DNA of 64,000 nt from a virus (taxonomy: Duplodnaviria; Heunggongvirae; Uroviricota; Caudoviricetes), in IMG/VR virus record IMGVR_UViG_3300032286_000363, positions 34,586-98,585 of that record. The stretch is one strand, 5' to 3'. The notes under the pieces were generated by a model, which had not been told where the DNA came from, made no database searches, and saw only the letters and a program-made list of their open reading frames with translations. The translations under genes and the position numbers were made by a program. This document shows positions 41,443 to 50,293 of this stretch, one piece after another. Positions within the stretch are counted from its first letter, which is position 1, and each line of letters starts with the position of its first letter.

Positions 41443-41874
41443 ATGAAACAGTTTAACAAAGTAATTACAGTAGAAGTGTCTGTAGACACAATTGCAAATC
41501 AATTATTAGACTCTATGTCTATGGATTTTAAGCACAGAGAATTAGTTGCAGAGAGTATTATTGGAAGAATGTTAAATGATAATTCATTGACATTCCTATA
41601 TAATAGTCTTAATGGTTATGCTTGTGACATCAACTTTGAAAAGGGTGATGATTTATGTGCTAATGATGGTGGATTCTCTGAATATGGATATTGGACACCA
41701 GAATCTATTGAACAAAACAATAGTGTTATGCAATACATAAAGAGTGTTCAAGTGGTAGAAGTGGATGTGTATAGAGATAATAAATTGTTAGTGGAATATT
41801 ATGTTCCTAATAAAGAAGGTATTAACGTGAGAAACACTAAATGGGTTAATCACACTCGTTGGAGTAAGATATAA
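41443..41874 (+). CDS. Hypothetical early protein (143 aa)
   Basis: ORF preceded by the tandem ACAATTACACACAC x2 leader. Confidence 0.5.
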   Translation: MKQFNKVITVEVSVDTIANQLLDSMSMDFKHRELVAESIIGRMLNDNSLTFLYNSLNGYACDINFEKGDDLCANDGGFSEYGYWTPESIEQNNSVMQYIKSVQVVEVDVYRDNKLLVEYYVPNKEGINVRNTKWVNHTRWSKI

Positions 41875-41956
41875 TTGGATGAAAACTTTATTTCCCTGTA
41901 AGTTTGCCTTTATGGTTTATATAGGGAACTTTTAAAAACAATTAAAATTAAAACAA

Positions 41957-42154
41957 ATGAAATATTTTGCTTTTGGACAGACAGTAATTGAATGTGATGA
42001 CAATATGAGATTGGAAGAAATAGTGGCAAGAATGAGAAGGGCTGTTAATGGTAGTAGCACTTGGCCAATCACAATTATGATTGAGGATATGGAAATGGTG
42101 GATGAAGAAGATTATTTAGAATATAAAGAAACCGCAAACAATATTAAAAAATAA
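41957..42154 (+). CDS. Hypothetical early protein (65 aa)
   Basis: ORF. Confidence 0.4.
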   Translation: MKYFAFGQTVIECDDNMRLEEIVARMRRAVNGSSTWPITIMIEDMEMVDEEDYLEYKETANNIKK

Positions 42155-42168
42155 ATAAAACACACACA

Positions 42169-42645
42169 ATGGCAACAACATTATTAGCAGACTTGACTTG
42201 CTTGAAAACATTAGTCAACGGAAAATTTGTAATAGTTGATGTTTCAACTAACACGTACAAAATGTACAATCCAGGTAAGTATTGTGGAATTGTACCAAAA
42301 GAGTTCAATCCTGAAGACTATGCTTTATTAATAACAGATAGATATGCTATTGTTATTGAGGCAACACCTAAAATGAGAGAGAATTATATTGTTAACAAAC
42401 TGTGGAGAGAGCAGATTGCTAATAATAAAGAGATAGATAATAGTCCATCAAAAACAGTTTATAGAGTGGGTGATAAAATACATCTGAAAGAAAAAGATGG
42501 TATATACACTATTAACGAAATAGATAAGGATTCTGTTCGTCTCACTTGTAACACTTGGCAATATACACCTGAACCTGTTAGATGGTATCATCTTGAAGAT
42601 ATTAAATGTTTAGCAGGTGGAACTAACAATCTGCATAGAAAATAA
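42169..42645 (+). CDS. Hypothetical early protein (158 aa)
   Basis: ORF with a CACACA leader. Confidence 0.5.
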   Translation: MATTLLADLTCLKTLVNGKFVIVDVSTNTYKMYNPGKYCGIVPKEFNPEDYALLITDRYAIVIEATPKMRENYIVNKLWREQIANNKEIDNSPSKTVYRVGDKIHLKEKDGIYTINEIDKDSVRLTCNTWQYTPEPVRWYHLEDIKCLAGGTNNLHRK

Positions 42646-42727
42646 AATACTGATATGAAAACTATTAGCTCTCTGAGTTTAGCCTATTAGGTTTAGATGA
42701 GAGCAATTTTAAAAACCTTTCACACAC

Positions 42728-43096
42728 ATGAAAAAGTTATTAGAAACATTAAAATCTTCATTCATTGAAGAACTAGAGAAACAATTGTTCCTTTATATGA
42801 CAATTGGTTCAAGCACAAACGAAAGTCCTATGTGGGTACAAATGGGACAAGTTAGAGATGGTCAATTGAGATTTAGTAATTCTCAACGTACAGGTATACA
42901 GTTTGATATTCCTGTTGATGAGAATATGAGGTCTTGGTTACAGGCTTATAGAGATGAAGCCTATGACTATTTCAAATACATTAAATATGTACACATCAAA
43001 GAGAATGCTCCTAAAGTATGGGATGAACTCACAGATGGGTTTAATGGAAACAGAATAAACAATTTTATTAACAATTACAATCATAATAACGTATGA
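42728..43096 (+). CDS. Hypothetical early protein (122 aa)
   Basis: ORF with a CACACA leader. Confidence 0.5.
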   Translation: MKKLLETLKSSFIEELEKQLFLYMTIGSSTNESPMWVQMGQVRDGQLRFSNSQRTGIQFDIPVDENMRSWLQAYRDEAYDYFKYIKYVHIKENAPKVWDELTDGFNGNRINNFINNYNHNNV

Positions 43097-43290
43097 AGAA
43101 ATTATTAGTAGCAATTATATTAGCAATCCTACCATTCATATTGGTATGGGTTGCTTTCTTTTTGACAGCATTCAGTTTTGATGCTGTTATAGTCTTTCAA
43201 GGAGGAGCATTTTGGTTTCTCTCTGTTATTTATTGGTTTATATTTGTATGTACAATTGGACCAATGCTAGATGAATTCATAATTGATTAA
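43093..43290 (+). CDS. Small membrane protein (65 aa)
   Basis: Two hydrophobic helices. Confidence 0.45.
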   Translation: MKKLLVAIILAILPFILVWVAFFLTAFSFDAVIVFQGGAFWFLSVIYWFIFVCTIGPMLDEFIID

Positions 43291-43313
43291 AACACACATA
43301 AAAAACAATTAAA

Positions 43314-43820
43314 ATGAACAATAAAATCAAATGCCTAATTGATGGAGGCTTTATATCTATCAACGATGTTATGGAACATGCAGGTTATTTGGAAAATCAA
43401 ATAAATAACTATTATGAACAATATGCTGAAGAACAACAGCTTCAGTTAGATGAAGAGATGAAGATGCTTGAGGAGATGTATAATAGTGGTGAAGACCTGT
43501 ATGGACAGGATGAACCAGACTATCCAATTGATTTAAATGGTGATCGTTCTGATGATCCTGAATATATCATTGCGAGTACATCATATAAGATGGAAGAAAC
43601 ATATATATTTGAGGCTAATGAGAATGGTAAGATTCTTAACTATGGTGAATATGGTGGTCTTTGTCAAAGACATGGTGCTAAAAATTGGAACAATAGAAAT
43701 CTCACTGTTGAAACAATCTTTCCAGGTAAGTATAAGCTTTTTAAAGATTTTGGTGCAATTGATAATGAAGCAAATGTATTTCATTCACTTTATAAAAAAA
43801 TTACAAATGAAAAAAATTAA
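43314..43820 (+). CDS. Hypothetical acidic early protein (168 aa)
   Basis: ORF. Confidence 0.5.
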   Translation: MNNKIKCLIDGGFISINDVMEHAGYLENQINNYYEQYAEEQQLQLDEEMKMLEEMYNSGEDLYGQDEPDYPIDLNGDRSDDPEYIIASTSYKMEETYIFEANENGKILNYGEYGGLCQRHGAKNWNNRNLTVETIFPGKYKLFKDFGAIDNEANVFHSLYKKITNEKN

Positions 43821-43992
43821 CTTCTTAATTGCTATGAGCATAGGTATGTTCTTGGCAACAACAGCAATGGTTATACTATCACTATCTGTTCTTCCTGCTA
43901 CAGGAGGAATGCTGATGATGGTATGTATGATGTCAGCAATGGGCTATTTAGCATCTTATATGTATTATCTAACTTATAAACAATCAAAATGA
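43807..43992 (+). CDS. Small membrane protein (61 aa, MKKINFLIAMSIGMFLATTAMVILSL...)
   Basis: Internal ATG at 43807 chosen over the track's 43537 start, because the upstream portion overlaps gene 43314..43820. Confidence 0.4.
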   Translation: MKKINFLIAMSIGMFLATTAMVILSLSVLPATGGMLMMVCMMSAMGYLASYMYYLTYKQSK

Positions 43993-44150
43993 AAACATTA
44001 GAAAAGTTCTTAGCAGGTTTTGTAATAGGAGGATTGATGGCTATGTTAATATATGCCTTCACATCATGTGCACCTAAATACGGGTGTGGACATGGTGCTC
44101 CTAAACAGAGCTGGAACAAGATGGTTCGTAGAATTAATTCACCTTATTAA
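43989..44150 (+). CDS. Small membrane/lipoprotein-like protein (53 aa)
   Basis: Hand-translated MKTLEKFLAGFVIGGLMAMLIYAFTSCAPKYGCGHG... Confidence 0.35.
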   Translation: MKTLEKFLAGFVIGGLMAMLIYAFTSCAPKYGCGHGAPKQSWNKMVRRINSPY

Positions 44151-44160
44151 ATCATAACAC

Positions 44161-44664
44161 ATGCACCAGATAGTAAAACTTACATTCAAAAATTACATTC
44201 CCACTGGATTAGAGGTGGGGATGTTGTTTCTTTCACACACAGGTGAAGAAACAAATGTATTTGAATTAGATAAAGTTCCTTTTTTTGAAGAAGCATTCAT
44301 AGAAGCAAATGGTTATCCTGTTCAACCGTTCCTAATAGATGAAGGTAATCCTAACATTGAAAACGATGTTGTTATATATGCAGGTGGTCATGAGATTGGG
44401 TGGTTTGATTATGATCCTGATGGTGATGATTTTAGAGACATCACAGTCAATGATATGAACAATATAATCAACAATTATGGTTGTGAGTGTCTAATAGAGA
44501 TGGATGAGTATCACATAGACGATGCTGAAACACATGAACCATATGTGTTATATCGTCCTATATATATAGAGGAAAAAGTCATAATATCTCTGTATAATGA
44601 GGATGATGAGTGGGACGAAGACCATTTTTATAACCCAAATGATGAAGACCATGAAGAAGCTTAG
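44161..44664 (+). CDS. Hyper-acidic early protein (167 aa), candidate DNA-mimic or anti-restriction protein
   Basis: About 45 Asp/Glu versus about 7 Lys/Arg. C-terminal ...NEDDEWDEDHFYNPNDEDHEEA. Confidence 0.5.
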   Translation: MHQIVKLTFKNYIPTGLEVGMLFLSHTGEETNVFELDKVPFFEEAFIEANGYPVQPFLIDEGNPNIENDVVIYAGGHEIGWFDYDPDGDDFRDITVNDMNNIINNYGCECLIEMDEYHIDDAETHEPYVLYRPIYIEEKVIISLYNEDDEWDEDHFYNPNDEDHEEA

Positions 44665-44860
44665 AAGATTAATATTTGGTGTACGAGCACAACCTGTTGA
44701 TTCAATCTCAACAGGAATAAGAACATTACATTTTGACAGACCACCATTTAATGAATGGTGTAAGCAATTAAATGTTAGTGTTCGTTACCAAAGAACATAA
44801 TTATTGTGTGTGAACAATTAGCCCTTGACAGAAATGTTGGGGGCTTTTTAATTTTCAATT

Positions 44861-45421
44861 ATGACATCAGAAAGAAAAAAGACATATGAACATGCATTTA
44901 ATAAGAAAAGATGCAGAGAGTTCTTATTTAGTTTATTTGCTGATAAACATCTTGATGGTCTTATAGGACTTGCTGGTCCAGATATAAATCAATACATAAG
45001 TTGGTGCAAACAAAAGGGATATAATGATTTAGAACTTTGGGAGAATACACCACAAGTGTTATTTAACCAAATGAAAGACATTAATAGTTCCGTGGTATTA
45101 AAATATGGTGATATATTAAACACCAAAATAAAACCAAATGTATTGTACGATCTTGACTATTGTGTCACCATTAAGTATATGAGTGAGCATCTAAAAAGAT
45201 TTAAGGACAATTTCATTATGACATTCTCATTGAGATTTGGTGAGAATGAAACAATAAATAAGTTTTTTAGGCACAGACGTGAGAAAATTATGTCTGTCAC
45301 ACATAAATATGCTCCATATGTTCCTGTTGAGCACACAGTATATACAACAACAGGTGGAGATTATATATATTTGAAATACTTTGACACATCTACAATGTGT
45401 TGTTTTGCAAAAATCAATTAA
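44861..45421 (+). CDS. Hypothetical early protein (186 aa)
   Basis: ORF. Confidence 0.5.
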   Translation: MTSERKKTYEHAFNKKRCREFLFSLFADKHLDGLIGLAGPDINQYISWCKQKGYNDLELWENTPQVLFNQMKDINSSVVLKYGDILNTKIKPNVLYDLDYCVTIKYMSEHLKRFKDNFIMTFSLRFGENETINKFFRHRREKIMSVTHKYAPYVPVEHTVYTTTGGDYIYLKYFDTSTMCCFAKIN

Positions 45422-45431
45422 AATCAAAAAC

Positions 45432-45803
45432 ATGAAAAAAACAGTAAATTTTTATTCAACAGAAGAATTAGAAGCATTAAAAGCTGAAGTTTTAGCTAAC
45501 AAAAGACCTTGTGATATAGTGAGAAACTATCCTGAAAAATGGAATAGACCAACTCAAGGATTATATATAAAGATTAATGATTTGCGTAAAGAAGCAAACT
45601 TAGCTAGAGTTCCTGCTAAACAAAGTAAGAAAGTTAAAGAAGTTAAGATTTCTAAAAAAGTAGGAAGACCAAGAAAAGATGCTGTTATAAACACATCAAA
45701 AGCAACAGTTGAGAATGGTGTAGTGCTACCATCAGGATTTGTATTTGATTTTGCTCCTAAAAGAGCAGAAATGCATTCTGATCACGTTCGTTTATTCTTT
45801 TAA
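45432..45803 (+). CDS. AT-hook-containing DNA-binding protein (about 123 aa)
   Basis: Start moved to the internal MKKTVNFYS. Carries a KKVGRPRKD AT-hook. Confidence 0.4.
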   Translation: MKKTVNFYSTEELEALKAEVLANKRPCDIVRNYPEKWNRPTQGLYIKINDLRKEANLARVPAKQSKKVKEVKISKKVGRPRKDAVINTSKATVENGVVLPSGFVFDFAPKRAEMHSDHVRLFF

Positions 45804-45835
45804 TCAATTAACAATAACAATTAAAATTCACACAC

Positions 45836-46063
45836 ATGCGCAACAAAGCAATTATGCCAAAAGCATCACTTATTTGGTCCTCAATGGACTATGAAAGAAG
45901 CAACATTTTAGTGTTAGACAACACAGATGCTGCAACAAAGTTATTTCACAAGATATTTTCTGAATCAGAAAAGAAAAGACTTGTTATAACCAAGAACAAG
46001 TATTTCTATGCTCCTTCAGAGGAATATAAGAATCATGTTATCAGAATAAAAAATATTAGGTAA
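45836..46063 (+). CDS. Hypothetical protein (75 aa)
   Basis: ORF. Its stop codon lies inside a 13-bp perfect hairpin. Confidence 0.4.
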   Translation: MRNKAIMPKASLIWSSMDYERSNILVLDNTDAATKLFHKIFSESEKKRLVITKNKYFYAPSEEYKNHVIRIKNIR

Positions 46064-46080
46064 TATTTTACCTAATATTT
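46051..46080 (+). terminator. Perfect 13-bp hairpin terminator (AAATATTAGGTAA/TTACCTAATATTT)
   Basis: Stem with a 4-nt loop, followed by a T-rich stretch. Confidence 0.5.
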
Positions 46081-46102
46081 GGTTATATCATTTATTCTCC
46101 AT

Positions 46103-46141
46103 AATTTTGGTGTTATTAAATTTATTAGTAACACCAAAATT
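46103..46141 (+). promoter_or_regulatory. 39-bp near-perfect palindrome 9 bp upstream of the 46150 start codon
   Basis: AATTTTGGTGTTA ... TAACACCAAAATT: 13-bp perfect arms plus 4 more pairs around a central TTT. Confidence 0.5.
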
Positions 46142-46149
46142 TTAAAAAA

Positions 46150-48633
46150 ATGTTAAAACATTGTTTATCAGGCAGTTATGCCAAAACAATCTTTTTAGTA
46201 GCATTCATGATGATGATTGCTCTATCAGGATTCTCAAGGAAGTTCTATTTCAGTACATCTGGAAATGATTCCTACACAACAGCACAAGCACAGAATCCAG
46301 CTACACCATGGAAAACATTGGTTAAGCTAAATTCATTTGCAGATAATGGTGCTGCAGCAGGTGACACCTTCTTATTTAAAAGAGGTGATGTATTTGCAAA
46401 TGGTTACAACCAAAGAATATCATTAAAATGGTTTGGTAACTCAGAAGGTTACACTTGTGCTACAGGTACAGCAAATGCACCTATTGTATTTACATATTAT
46501 GGAGATTTAGCTTTGGAAAGACCAAACTTCTTATTCCCCTTTCCTTCAAGTGTTCCAAATACAGATAGGTATAACATGTGTTTTAAGAATGTTTCATATT
46601 TTGTATTTGATGGGTTACAGTTTAATGATACTAGATTTCCCGTATTAGACAAAAGAACATCTTGTTATACTGCTACGGGATTGATGTTTGGAGAAGATAT
46701 GGGAAGTGGTGTTGATCATTTTACTGTTAGAAACTGTAACTTTACTAATATAGGATATGGTATTTTGTCAAATGGTAATGACTTTGTGTTTGATAATAAC
46801 ACCTTTACAAACTTTAAATCAGTAGGTGATACGTTAGGAACATTTGATATTGGTGCTGATGCCTTACAAATCTCAGGAAAAAAATACAGAATCACTAATA
46901 ACTATATCAGTGGAAGTTGGGCTTATGCAAATCCTTTTAATTCATCTTCAAATGGTTTGTTAGGTGGAGCATTAGAAACTATTAATGATTTCGATAGTTC
47001 TTTTGTAGGATATAACACATTTATTGATAATTCTGGTGGTATGGAATTTGGACAGAATAGAGGACCAGGATTTGGTCCAAATGATGATACATTTGCTTAT
47101 AACTTCTTTATGAACAATTCAAATGTGTCTTATGTAAATACAACAGGCACATTTAGATGTACCGTTTCTAACTTACACTTTTGGAATAATGTTATAATTG
47201 AAAATGAAAAATCACGATTTACGGGTAGAAATAATGGTGGTGATGCATTAGGAAATGGTCAAACATACACATCATCAGGATTTATATTTTGGCCTCCATT
47301 ACCTCCAAGTAAATCAACTTTCGAACCTCAAGACTTAAACTATTATTCTGCTTGGAGAACTTTTGATTGTGGAGTCCAAACAGACGGAAATGTTGGTGAT
47401 ACATTGTATGATGTAAGAAATAATGTAATTTGGAATACCAATGGTTTACAATTGAAATCTAGTTTTGCAAGAAGACCAAGAGACTTCTACAAAAATAACA
47501 TCTATCACATTAAAGGAAGTTATCAAAAAGTAACTAGTCTTGGAGATGGTGCAGTATTATCTACAGGAGAAAGAATCATCAATACAAATTTATTTACTGA
47601 TACAACAAATGCATTCCCTCAAAATTGGGATTTCCGTATTATAAGTGATACTTCTTATGCTGCTGCTAATGGTGTTAATGTAGGACTTACAAGAGACTTT
47701 GCAGGTAATATTGTTAGTGGAACACCTTCTATAGGTCTTTTGCAATATGCAACGTCTGCTGGACCAGTTGTAACATCAATATCTCCTACATCAGGATCAT
47801 TAAATCAAGCAGTTACTATTAGAGGTAGAAGCTTTACAGGAGCTACATCTGTTGTATTAAGAACAGCAATTAGTGCAAATGTACCATTTACAGTGATTAA
47901 CGATTCTACAATAGTTGCTACAATGACTTTACAGTCTTCTCAATATGTAAATGCTCCTAATGGTGGTGTGTTTATTGTAACCAATGCTGGTGGTAGTAAT
48001 GTATCAAGTCCTTCTTTTATATATAATCCTCCAATTACACCAGCTTGTACATTTATATATGATGGTTGGGGAACATGTAATAATGGTGTTGAAACAAGAA
48101 CATATTTAACTAGTCCTTCAGGTTGTGCAGGAGCTCCTCCAAGAGATTCTATTACAAGAAGTTGTACAACTCCTACTGTTGCTAGTCTTACATTTAATCC
48201 TTCTTTATCTGCAATATTAGTAAATTGTAATGTAGCAGGTCAATTATCAATAGTTAATTCATCAGGACAGATTGTTCTTACATTAGCTTATGGACCAGGA
48301 AGTTCTACAATAAGTGTTGCTTCTTTAGCACCAGGAAATTATACAGCTACAACATTTGGAACATCTGTAGTGTTTGCTACAACTGTTAGAGTGACTGTGG
48401 TTTCTACAACAAGACCAACATGTAGAACATCCACCAATGGACAAATTGTTGTAATAGGTTCATTAGGAACTGCTCCATATCAATATAGTATTAATAGCTC
48501 ATCAAATTATGGTTCTTCAGGAACATTCTCAAACTTAAGCAGAGGAACATATAACATTCGTTGTAAAGATGCTAATAATGTTGTTACAAGAATCTCAGTT
48601 ACATTAACAAAATTAAGTTCTAATTGTAACTAA
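46150..48633 (+). CDS. Secreted right-handed beta-helix (pectate-lyase-like) protein with an IPT/TIG domain and a T9SS-type C-terminal sorting-domain-like tail
   Basis: N-terminal hydrophobic signal (IFLVAFMMMIALSGF). Repeated NxxF(T/V)N beta-helix rungs (NCNFTNIGYGILSNGNDFVFDNNTFTNF). PVVTSISPTSGSLNQAVTIRGRSF is an IPT-like segment. The C-terminal about 90 aa resemble Por secretion tails (LSIVNSSGQIVLTLAYGPGSSTISVASLAPGNYTATTFGTS...). Confidence 0.65.
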   Translation: MLKHCLSGSYAKTIFLVAFMMMIALSGFSRKFYFSTSGNDSYTTAQAQNPATPWKTLVKLNSFADNGAAAGDTFLFKRGDVFANGYNQRISLKWFGNSEGYTCATGTANAPIVFTYYGDLALERPNFLFPFPSSVPNTDRYNMCFKNVSYFVFDGLQFNDTRFPVLDKRTSCYTATGLMFGEDMGSGVDHFTVRNCNFTNIGYGILSNGNDFVFDNNTFTNFKSVGDTLGTFDIGADALQISGKKYRITNNYISGSWAYANPFNSSSNGLLGGALETINDFDSSFVGYNTFIDNSGGMEFGQNRGPGFGPNDDTFAYNFFMNNSNVSYVNTTGTFRCTVSNLHFWNNVIIENEKSRFTGRNNGGDALGNGQTYTSSGFIFWPPLPPSKSTFEPQDLNYYSAWRTFDCGVQTDGNVGDTLYDVRNNVIWNTNGLQLKSSFARRPRDFYKNNIYHIKGSYQKVTSLGDGAVLSTGERIINTNLFTDTTNAFPQNWDFRIISDTSYAAANGVNVGLTRDFAGNIVSGTPSIGLLQYATSAGPVVTSISPTSGSLNQAVTIRGRSFTGATSVVLRTAISANVPFTVINDSTIVATMTLQSSQYVNAPNGGVFIVTNAGGSNVSSPSFIYNPPITPACTFIYDGWGTCNNGVETRTYLTSPSGCAGAPPRDSITRSCTTPTVASLTFNPSLSAILVNCNVAGQLSIVNSSGQIVLTLAYGPGSSTISVASLAPGNYTATTFGTSVVFATTVRVTVVSTTRPTCRTSTNGQIVVIGSLGTAPYQYSINSSSNYGSSGTFSNLSRGTYNIRCKDANNVVTRISVTLTKLSSNCN

Positions 48634-48653
48634 TTTTATTTTTATTTATTAAT

Positions 48654-48692
48654 AATAGCCTCTACCTTTGTAGGGGCTATTTTATTTTAAAG
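48654..48692 (+). terminator. Intrinsic terminator
   Basis: 12-bp stem AATAGCCTCTAC/GTAGGGGCTATT with a CTTT loop, then TTATTTTAAAG. Confidence 0.6.
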
Positions 48693-48700
48693 CAATAATT

Positions 48701-49018
48701 ATGAGTATAGAATGTATTTGCATTAGTGACAAGAACAGACCTAAAGAGATTCCTGCTAACAAATGGATTAAGGAAGGAAAGACCTATCACATTATATATA
48801 CAGTATGGAGCATTCCTTCTAAAACACTTGGTGTACATCTTGATGAAATAGCATTAGATGATTGTTGTCTTCCTTATGAGTATTTCAAAGCTGACAGATT
48901 TGCTTTTACAGAGGAAAATCTAGCATTGTTATTACAGATGATAAAAGATTGCAACGATTCTTCTTTCTCTATGGAGGAACTATTGAAACAAACAGAAATT
49001 GTACCCAATGAGGTATAA
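48701..49018 (+). CDS. Hypothetical protein (105 aa)
   Basis: ORF. Confidence 0.45.
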   Translation: MSIECICISDKNRPKEIPANKWIKEGKTYHIIYTVWSIPSKTLGVHLDEIALDDCCLPYEYFKADRFAFTEENLALLLQMIKDCNDSSFSMEELLKQTEIVPNEV

Positions 49019-49274
49019 TTCCCTTATAATGAGCAAGAATGCACCCGTTTGGGTATCATATAACACATTAAAGTGGGATAAATCAGTCATTAATGGCATT
49101 TTTAGCCCTTAATGTAGCATAAATCACACTTTAACGTTGGAATAAGTGTGTTCAGAATACATTTATACGAAGGAAAAAGTAATTATATGCAAAAGGATAT
49201 AAAAAACAACACTTTGTGCAAATTATATCTTTTTACATATAATAACAATATTTTTAAACCAATAATTATCAATC

Positions 49275-49562
49275 ATGAATGTACCAAAATTTATTAGAAA
49301 ATGGGTTTACAAAAGGATGTTAAAAAAACTAGATGAAAACTCTAAAGAGATATATCCAGATACTTACTTGTGTCACTTCTGTAAATATCAATTTCCATAC
49401 ATAAACATAAAACACTATCCTGAACTATGGAATAGAAGATTTGGTCTTCCTTGGTATATACATGATAAACCTGCCCATGCTCAAGTGTGGTTTATGGAAG
49501 AATTTGAAAGAAGAAGATATGTAAAAAAAGCACTAGATTTAGTCACCAATAAAACCAAATAA
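49275..49562 (+). CDS. Hypothetical protein (95 aa)
   Basis: ORF. Confidence 0.45.
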   Translation: MNVPKFIRKWVYKRMLKKLDENSKEIYPDTYLCHFCKYQFPYINIKHYPELWNRRFGLPWYIHDKPAHAQVWFMEEFERRRYVKKALDLVTNKTK

Positions 49563-49564
49563 AT

Positions 49565-49813
49565 ATGAATGATGCACAAGAAATGAGATCAATGCCTCAA
49601 CCAGTTGAACTAAAAGAAGAGTACAAACCAAACAATTCAGAACTTCTTAAAGAGTATGAAATTAGAATTCAATTCTTAAACAGAGGCTGTATTGTACATG
49701 TAGGGTGTAAGTCTATAGCCTTTGAAACAGTAGAGTCTGCTATGAAAGAAGTGAATGACTATGTAAACAATACATGGGAGTCTCAACAGAAATGGAGAAA
49801 GATTTTAAGCTAA
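49565..49813 (+). CDS. Hypothetical protein (82 aa)
   Basis: ORF. Confidence 0.45.
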   Translation: MNDAQEMRSMPQPVELKEEYKPNNSELLKEYEIRIQFLNRGCIVHVGCKSIAFETVESAMKEVNDYVNNTWESQQKWRKILS

Positions 49814-50232
49814 CTAGCTACGTTGGCCAGTAGATCGTAAGTTCAGGAACACCTCTCAGAATGGAGATCTTCTCCTGCACAGGTGCAACAGTCCTCTAGA
49901 TCGTAAGCTAGCTGTATTGGCAACTTATACAGGGAAGTTATAGTTGTACGTGTTGTTCCCTTGAGAAAGGAATGCAGTTAAAATAATGGACACAGCAACC
50001 ACTACAACACAGAGGACTTCTCATCCTCAAACAGTCAGGTAGTGTGTAATGTGTAAATGGTTAACACATCCTCTATGGTTGCATGTTGTTGGTTCAAGTC
50101 CAACCCTGGCTGCCACCCTATGGTCTCAGTATCATAGGTTTGTTTCTTATGGAAACACAAGGAATAATAGACGAAAATGAACTTTCTGCTGTAATGCTAG
50201 CTGATTTAACAGCATATTCAGAAGTAGAAACA
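49814..50232 (+). ncRNA. Candidate structured noncoding RNA region containing a tRNA-like 3' element
   Basis: About 420 bp without a credible ORF. Duplicated TAGATCGTAAG. Long-range complementary CTAGCTACG/CGTAAGCTAG. GTTGG-TTCAAGT-CCAAC T-arm-like hairpin followed by CCTGGCTGCCA, and a CCTATG/CATAGG hairpin. Ends at a strong terminator. Confidence 0.35.
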
Positions 50233-50234
50233 TT

Positions 50235-50270
50235 GAGAGGGGAGTAGCTGCCCCTCTCTATTCCTTATTT
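50235..50270 (+). terminator. Intrinsic terminator
   Basis: GAGAGGGG / CCCCTCTC stem with an 8-nt loop, followed by TATTCCTTATTT. Confidence 0.65.
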
Positions 50271-50293
50271 AAAACATTTAAAAAAGATTAATT

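Noticed and set aside
43537-43992. A 151-aa ORF as given in the track.
   Set aside because: Its upstream two-thirds overlap gene 43314..43820 in another frame. Only the distal 61 codons from ATG 43807, a small membrane protein, are plausible.
50033-50115. A complete canonical tRNA gene ending in CCA.
   Set aside because: The T-arm, acceptor 3' strand and a wobble-paired 5' strand can be drawn. No D-arm or anticodon stem-loop of acceptable geometry could be folded in 50040-50087 after trying all 5-bp/7-nt-loop registers. It is kept only as a tRNA-like element.
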